Shown here in pieces: positions 9,579 through 13,780 of a stretch of 13,780 nt of DNA. The notes under the pieces were generated by a model. It was given only the letters and a program-made list of their open reading frames with translations. It was not told where the DNA came from and made no database searches. Origin of the DNA: Selaginella moellendorffii (taxonomy: Eukaryota; Plantae; Lycopodiophyta); NCBI RefSeq assembly GCF_000143415.4, contig NW_003314545.1, positions 1 to 13,780 on the forward strand. Direction: 5' to 3'. The position numbers and the translations under genes are program-made. How positions within the stretch are numbered: position 1 is the first letter of the stretch; the number at the start of each line of letters is the position of its first letter.

Positions 9579-10325
9579 TGTGAGTGCTATATGTGTCTAA
9601 ACCCCTATTTATATACCAAAATAGCATATGCTATAATTTATGTATTACACAAGGTGTTATATATATATATATATATATATATTGTATATGTATTTATAAA
9701 CCTTACACCATTATCTCTTCCAAAAGATGAAAAAGTAATGACAATAAGTTAGGTAGAACATCTAGAGCTCCTATTAGGTGATTATAGATTGCAATAAGAA
9801 CCTAAAACTCCTATGGAACATTGTTAACAACCATGATAGAAATAAAAACTTAAACTTATAGCACAAGCATTAGTCAACTATAGAACTAATAAATTACTTA
9901 CCACTCAATGTGTAAGTGCAAAATACTCAAACTAACCTCAAAGTTATAATTTTGAACCAAAATAAAAGACTTTAAGAGCCATTTCAATTCACAAAACACC
10001 ATTATAACAAATGATATATTTCATTTTAATTTTGCCTATTGGCCACCCTCTAATACCATCATTAACTGGGACTCACTACTATCAATAAAATTTATTTTTA
10101 CGTCTTCCCTTTAGTTAACCTTTGAGGCCTATGTTAACTCATACTTATAACTTTCATCATTATCTAGCATTGCATATGGGAAGTTAAACTCAATTCATTT
10201 ATTTTCCACATCCTCTTTATCCCCTCCTTAAAAGAAAAAAAGTAAAGGATAAATAAGTATTGAAAGAAGAATTTTTAGGGCAAAAATGAGGAAATAAGAA
10301 GAACTAAATATGCTCAAAGCTTGAC
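9579..10325 (-). mobile_element. Truncated inverted copy of the 4397-6874 LTR element (3' LTR 9579-9707 + PPT + 3' internal region)
   Basis: The reverse complement aligns with ~5685-6874. For example, GAACATCTAGAG...TAGGTGATTATA matches 6609-6638 and GCATTGCATATGGG matches 6264-6277. The LTR runs TGTAAGGTTT...GCACTCACA on the minus strand. Confidence 0.85.
9658..9682. repeat. (TA)n microsatellite within the inverted LTR
   Basis: About 12 TA units, expanded relative to the corresponding tract in the two other LTR copies. Confidence 0.9.
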
Positions 10326-10953
10326 TAATAAGTTTATTGTCTTATATTAATCTAATATTTGTGTTTAATGTAATTTTAAAATATTTGGATGTCCTCTAAG
10401 AATATTTAAAGTATATTTTAAAAGTCATCTGTAAATAGTCATGTTTGGCCCCCTCAATAAGGTATGGTGGCACTTTGGCAAGATAAGTAGTTTCTAGTAA
10501 GATCAGCTTATGACCTTGTGTCCACTCTACTGTTTGGGGGTTTAGTGAATATCCACATATGTTCTTATAAATCAAAATATTCAGTTTATATTCTTGTAAA
10601 ACCTCATGAATATTTGGGCTTAACTTGTAGTGCATATGAATTTGGAGTTAAACTCTAAACATGTTGCACTACAAAATGAGGGTTTGGTACACACTCAAAA
10701 TCCCTTATAAACACTAATTTCCTATCTCCACTAGCAGATTTAGGCACTTACCATAAATAGCATTGGGGCATGATAATGAGGGTGTTTTGCAAATACAATA
10801 AACTATCATTAGTGATATTGAGGGATTAGACTTAATACACAAGGGTTCTTGTTATTAGCTAATGCAAAATATAACAAGACAAAAGCTACTTATTGAGTTA
10901 AATATTATAAGCAATCAAAAGGAACAACTTGAGTGACGATCTATAAAGAGGGA

Positions 10954-11345
10954 AAGATAGCTTACATTCTTATCATATTGAACTTTTTAATAATATTCAT
11001 TCAAGGATTTCAAGATATCAATAGTATAAGCTAATATTTTAGGTTTTTCTTTGTTAATTCATTTTCAATTTTTAGTGTGCTATATAATTGCTTAAAATTT
11101 ATATTTCTTGAAGGTAAAACCTTAAAGAAAATTTTCCAAATGTAGTGAAATTAAATTTAGCCTACTTTTTATCAAATGTAAATGAGAACATTGAAGATAT
11201 TAAAGTGAACTCAGATGATAATGGTTATTTTATACGTTCATGTAAGTGTAAAACTCTTGAAGGATCAATTTTAAAAACCAATTATGCTTCAAAAACCTTT
11301 TATCTTCATATTACACTACTATTGACTTATCAAAATAAAGAGTAG
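10954..11345 (+). pseudogene. CVNH-A2 pseudogene
   Basis: The exon 1 relic KIAYILIILNFLIIFIQGFQDINS has no ATG. The donor at 11026 reads ATAAGCTAAT versus GTAAGCTAAT in A1, and the acceptor is at 11075. Exon 2 is frameshifted: LNLAYFLSNVNENI...DNGYFIRSCKCKTLEGSILKTNYAS, with Cys losses and a 3' deletion. Confidence 0.82.
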
Positions 11346-11499
11346 CTACTTATATTTTCTATATATTAAAAAACAATTCTTATTCTTGTTTTTATAAGCT
11401 TGCACTATAAGCTATAATTCCAACTTTTGCCTCATTTTCTTTGTTTTGCAGCTCCAACCTATTGTTGTTAATGATTAAACCATACATAAAACTTATCTT

Positions 11500-11830
11500 G
11501 TTTCATTAGACAAAAAGAAACCACCAATACCCTACTTAACATGCTTGGTTAGAATGTCAATATCCCAGAAATTTATTTCCCAAATGAAGCATGTTTTCTT
11601 GTTCTTTTTGTTCTATATCCAGAAAGCAAACACCACTTTTGATGCCTAGGCCCATAGTTATAGATGAAGTAGCACGCTTGATTGCTGTTTCTGGGAACAA
11701 TTATGTAAAATCATAAACCTTTTTGAAATGACAGCAGCAAGTTTTACTTGAAGTTCCAGTTGGTCTCCAAATTCCATGGCAATAGAAAGGTTGTGAGATT
11801 TGGAAGCTCCAGAAATGGTGATTCTTCTTC
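11500..11830 (-). mobile_element. Possible LINE (L1-like) ORF2 C-terminal remnant
   Basis: The minus frame LHL*LWA*ASKVVFAFWI*NKKNKKTCF resembles the L1 C-terminal WxIWxxRNxxxF motif. No RT core or clear poly-A tail is seen, and the boundaries are approximate. Confidence 0.35.
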
Positions 11831-12098
11831 TGGGCAACATAGAGTTTAAATACAAGATTAATCTTATTGCATATTAACTTGTTCAAGATTAATCTAAATG
11901 AATAACTGATAGAATATCCTAGAATCTTCAAGCAATATAGTTATAGGTTTGCTTAAGAAAAACAAAATGTGGCATTTAAGCTACCATATAAACATCTAAA
12001 TAAAGATATAATAATACCACCACATAGAATATGAAACTAGTATTAAATTATCCTATTAAAAAGCTTCAGTCACTCTCAAATATTTAATTATGAATATC

Positions 12099-12449
12099 AT
12101 TAAAATAGCCTATATTCTTATCATATGGAATTTTTTTTATAATATTCATTGGAGATTTTAATCAAATTAATTTAATATCTTATTTTCTTGTTAATTATTT
12201 ATTTTTGTTTAGTGTTATTTATTACTATATTTTATTAATACTAATGGGACATTAAAGCTATTGGTGTTTTTTCACAATTTGATGGGCACTTTACACATTC
12301 ATGTTAGATTCAACTCTTGAAGGATCCATTTTAAAAACCAATTGTCTTTCAAAAACATTAAATCTTCATTATAGTTCTATTGACTTGAACTTATGGGTTT
12401 CTTATTAAAATAAGAATTTATTTTTCTGTAATAAAATAAAAATCAATAA
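12099..12449 (+). pseudogene. CVNH-A3 pseudogene
   Basis: IKIAYILIIWNF has the ATG replaced by ATT. The donor is lost and the first repeat is largely deleted. The C-terminal part STLEGSILKTNCLSKTLNLHYSSIDLNLWVSY*NKNLFFCNK is colinear with A1. Confidence 0.85.
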
Positions 12450-12673
12450 ATTTTTTACCATCTATCATTTTGTGTAAATAAAAGTATTTCATAATCTGAA
12501 AGAAAAACATCTTATTATATTATTAAACACAATTTTTACACCTAATATGTTGTTCTTAACCCGTATTGCATGCAAGGATATCCTATGTCACAATTAACAT
12601 GCCAAAATATTACTCCATAATCGTGTACGCATATGCTGTCTGTTCACTTATATATGACACATTCTGAAATGCA

Positions 12674-12892
12674 TCATAACCAAAATAATGTGCTACATTT
12701 TACATTATCAGTAAGCGACCATGTCAATTTTTCTTTATCCTTGAAGGTTACTTTTTTATAATTTTTGTTTCCTAACTGACAGTGAAGATCTATGTCACTC
12801 CCAGAATAATTAGTGACTATACCTTCATTTGCAACCACTAGAAGGATTGAAAACATTACCCAAGATGCTAAAAGAACCAAAACTCTTGTCAT
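12674..12892 (-). pseudogene. S-protein homolog (SPH / self-incompatibility S1 family-like) gene, copy 2, prematurely truncated at 72 aa
   Basis: MTRVLVLLASWVMFSILLVVANEGIVTNYSGSDIDLHCQLGNKNYKKVTFKDKEKLTWSLTDNVKCSTLFWL* has a signal peptide and the SPH pattern VxN...LxxHC...W...TLFWC. It stops just after the position where the conserved Cys is expected (Leu here). A shifted frame continues YDAFQNVSYISEQTAYAYTIME*, which may be the lost C-terminus. Confidence 0.7.
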
Positions 12893-13049
12893 TCCTAGTA
12901 AAATATGAAGCTTTAATCGTTGCTCCAAACAAGCGCGTTGACAGGGCAACGAAAGAAACAAACGTACTTTCCATAGCTGTTAATCTTATTCTTTCCGCCA
13001 GCATTAGCTTTTAAACTTGGATCCTTGCTTTCTCAAGTTTTCGCATCAA

Positions 13050-13464
13050 ATGGGGTTCACAGCAATGCTCCATCAAAGCGTATGTACAGAAACACTTGAA
13101 AAGTCTGAAGAAATACCTTTGTGATCGTTCTTTTGTTTGTCATTCAATCAGTTGTGCTGCGGTGCCTTTTTCTACAGCTGCAAGAACCCCAAATACTTTC
13201 TCGATACCAACATTCTCGAAGCCGACTGCTCTGGAGACACCCCAGGGACACTGCTCGATAACAAACACACTCACAAATCTCAGAGGAAGCCTGGCTTATG
13301 GTAGAGAAGGTGGTTTTCGAGCCTCTTGCAGCAACATCACTCTTGTTGGTTCTAATTTAAGGCTCCCTGTGACACGGGAGGCGCAGATGGTAAGCCGACT
13401 GGACCGCAATTCGTACATAAGCAACGGCCATGGAAACTTCGTCATTTGCAGCCGCTACAGTTAG
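13050..13464 (+). pseudogene. CVNH-B2 pseudogene (exon 13050-13079, intron 13080-13151, exon 13152-13464)
   Basis: MGFTAMLHQS | GTATGT...AATCAG | LCCGAFFYSCKNPKYFLDTNILEADCSGDTPGTLLDN, then a 4-nt insertion (~13263). It continues TLTNLRGSLAYGREGGFRASCSNITLVGSNL...LDRNSYISNGHGNFVICSRYS*. The Leu-rich signal core is deleted (24 nt) relative to B1. Confidence 0.85.
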
Positions 13465-13780
13465 TACAGTAGCGCGTAGTCCTCTAGTACATTGAGAGAA
13501 GCACCAAAATCAGAAAGAATAAGCTCGAAAAGGATTTGCCTTTCAAGCTCTGTGATCGTTGTGTTCACGGCTTACATGGGGAGCTGGACAAGCATTTAAA
13601 AGTTAACGATCCGCTGCTTACTCAGGCATTTGTAAGTCGTCCGTATGGTAGAGCTCGGTCCTTGAATCAATCTATAGAAAACAAGCTTAAGCCACTGTCC
13701 AGACAAAGGTTGGACAAAGAAAACTGACGATCGTACCTTTCTTGCTTTCGAGAAGAATCGGCATTTAGCTCCAGAGCATG

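Larger units (their letters stand above)
12099..13780 (+). repeat. Segmental duplication unit, copy 2 (runs off window end)
   Basis: Gene order and orientation match 7236-8909, with an offset of about 4.9 kb. Confidence 0.9.

Noticed and set aside
10947-10960. AGAGGGAAAGATAG resembling the PPT at 6674-6687
   Set aside because: No LTR follows. The 3' half is the CVNH-A2 exon 1 relic, so the match is probably coincidental.
13096-13464. 122 aa ORF as an intact CVNH protein
   Set aside because: It starts inside the intron, and its N-terminal half is out of the CVNH frame because of a 4-nt insertion.

Overview
This is AT-rich eukaryotic DNA from a land plant. The 51-72 bp GT-AG introns, PLS-type PPR remnants and secreted CVNH genes suggest a seedless plant such as a lycophyte or fern (inference). 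Positions ~380-7200 are mostly decayed transposons: a Copia 5' remnant, a possible DNA-transposase relic and a 2.5 kb non-autonomous LTR element. The rest holds a tandemly repeated module of small secreted Cys-rich protein genes: AT-rich cyanovirin-N homolog CVNH-A (+), S-protein-homolog/S1-like gene SPH (-), GC-rich CVNH-B (+), a spacer and a PPR remnant (-). The module occurs at ~7236-9505 and ~12099-13780 (running off the end). There is an extra CVNH-A relic at 10954-11345, and the tail of a probable third copy sits at the window start. Only CVNH-A1 looks intact (7236-7310 joined to 7362-7685, 132 aa); every other copy is disrupted. All family calls come from reading motifs by eye, and no searches were run.
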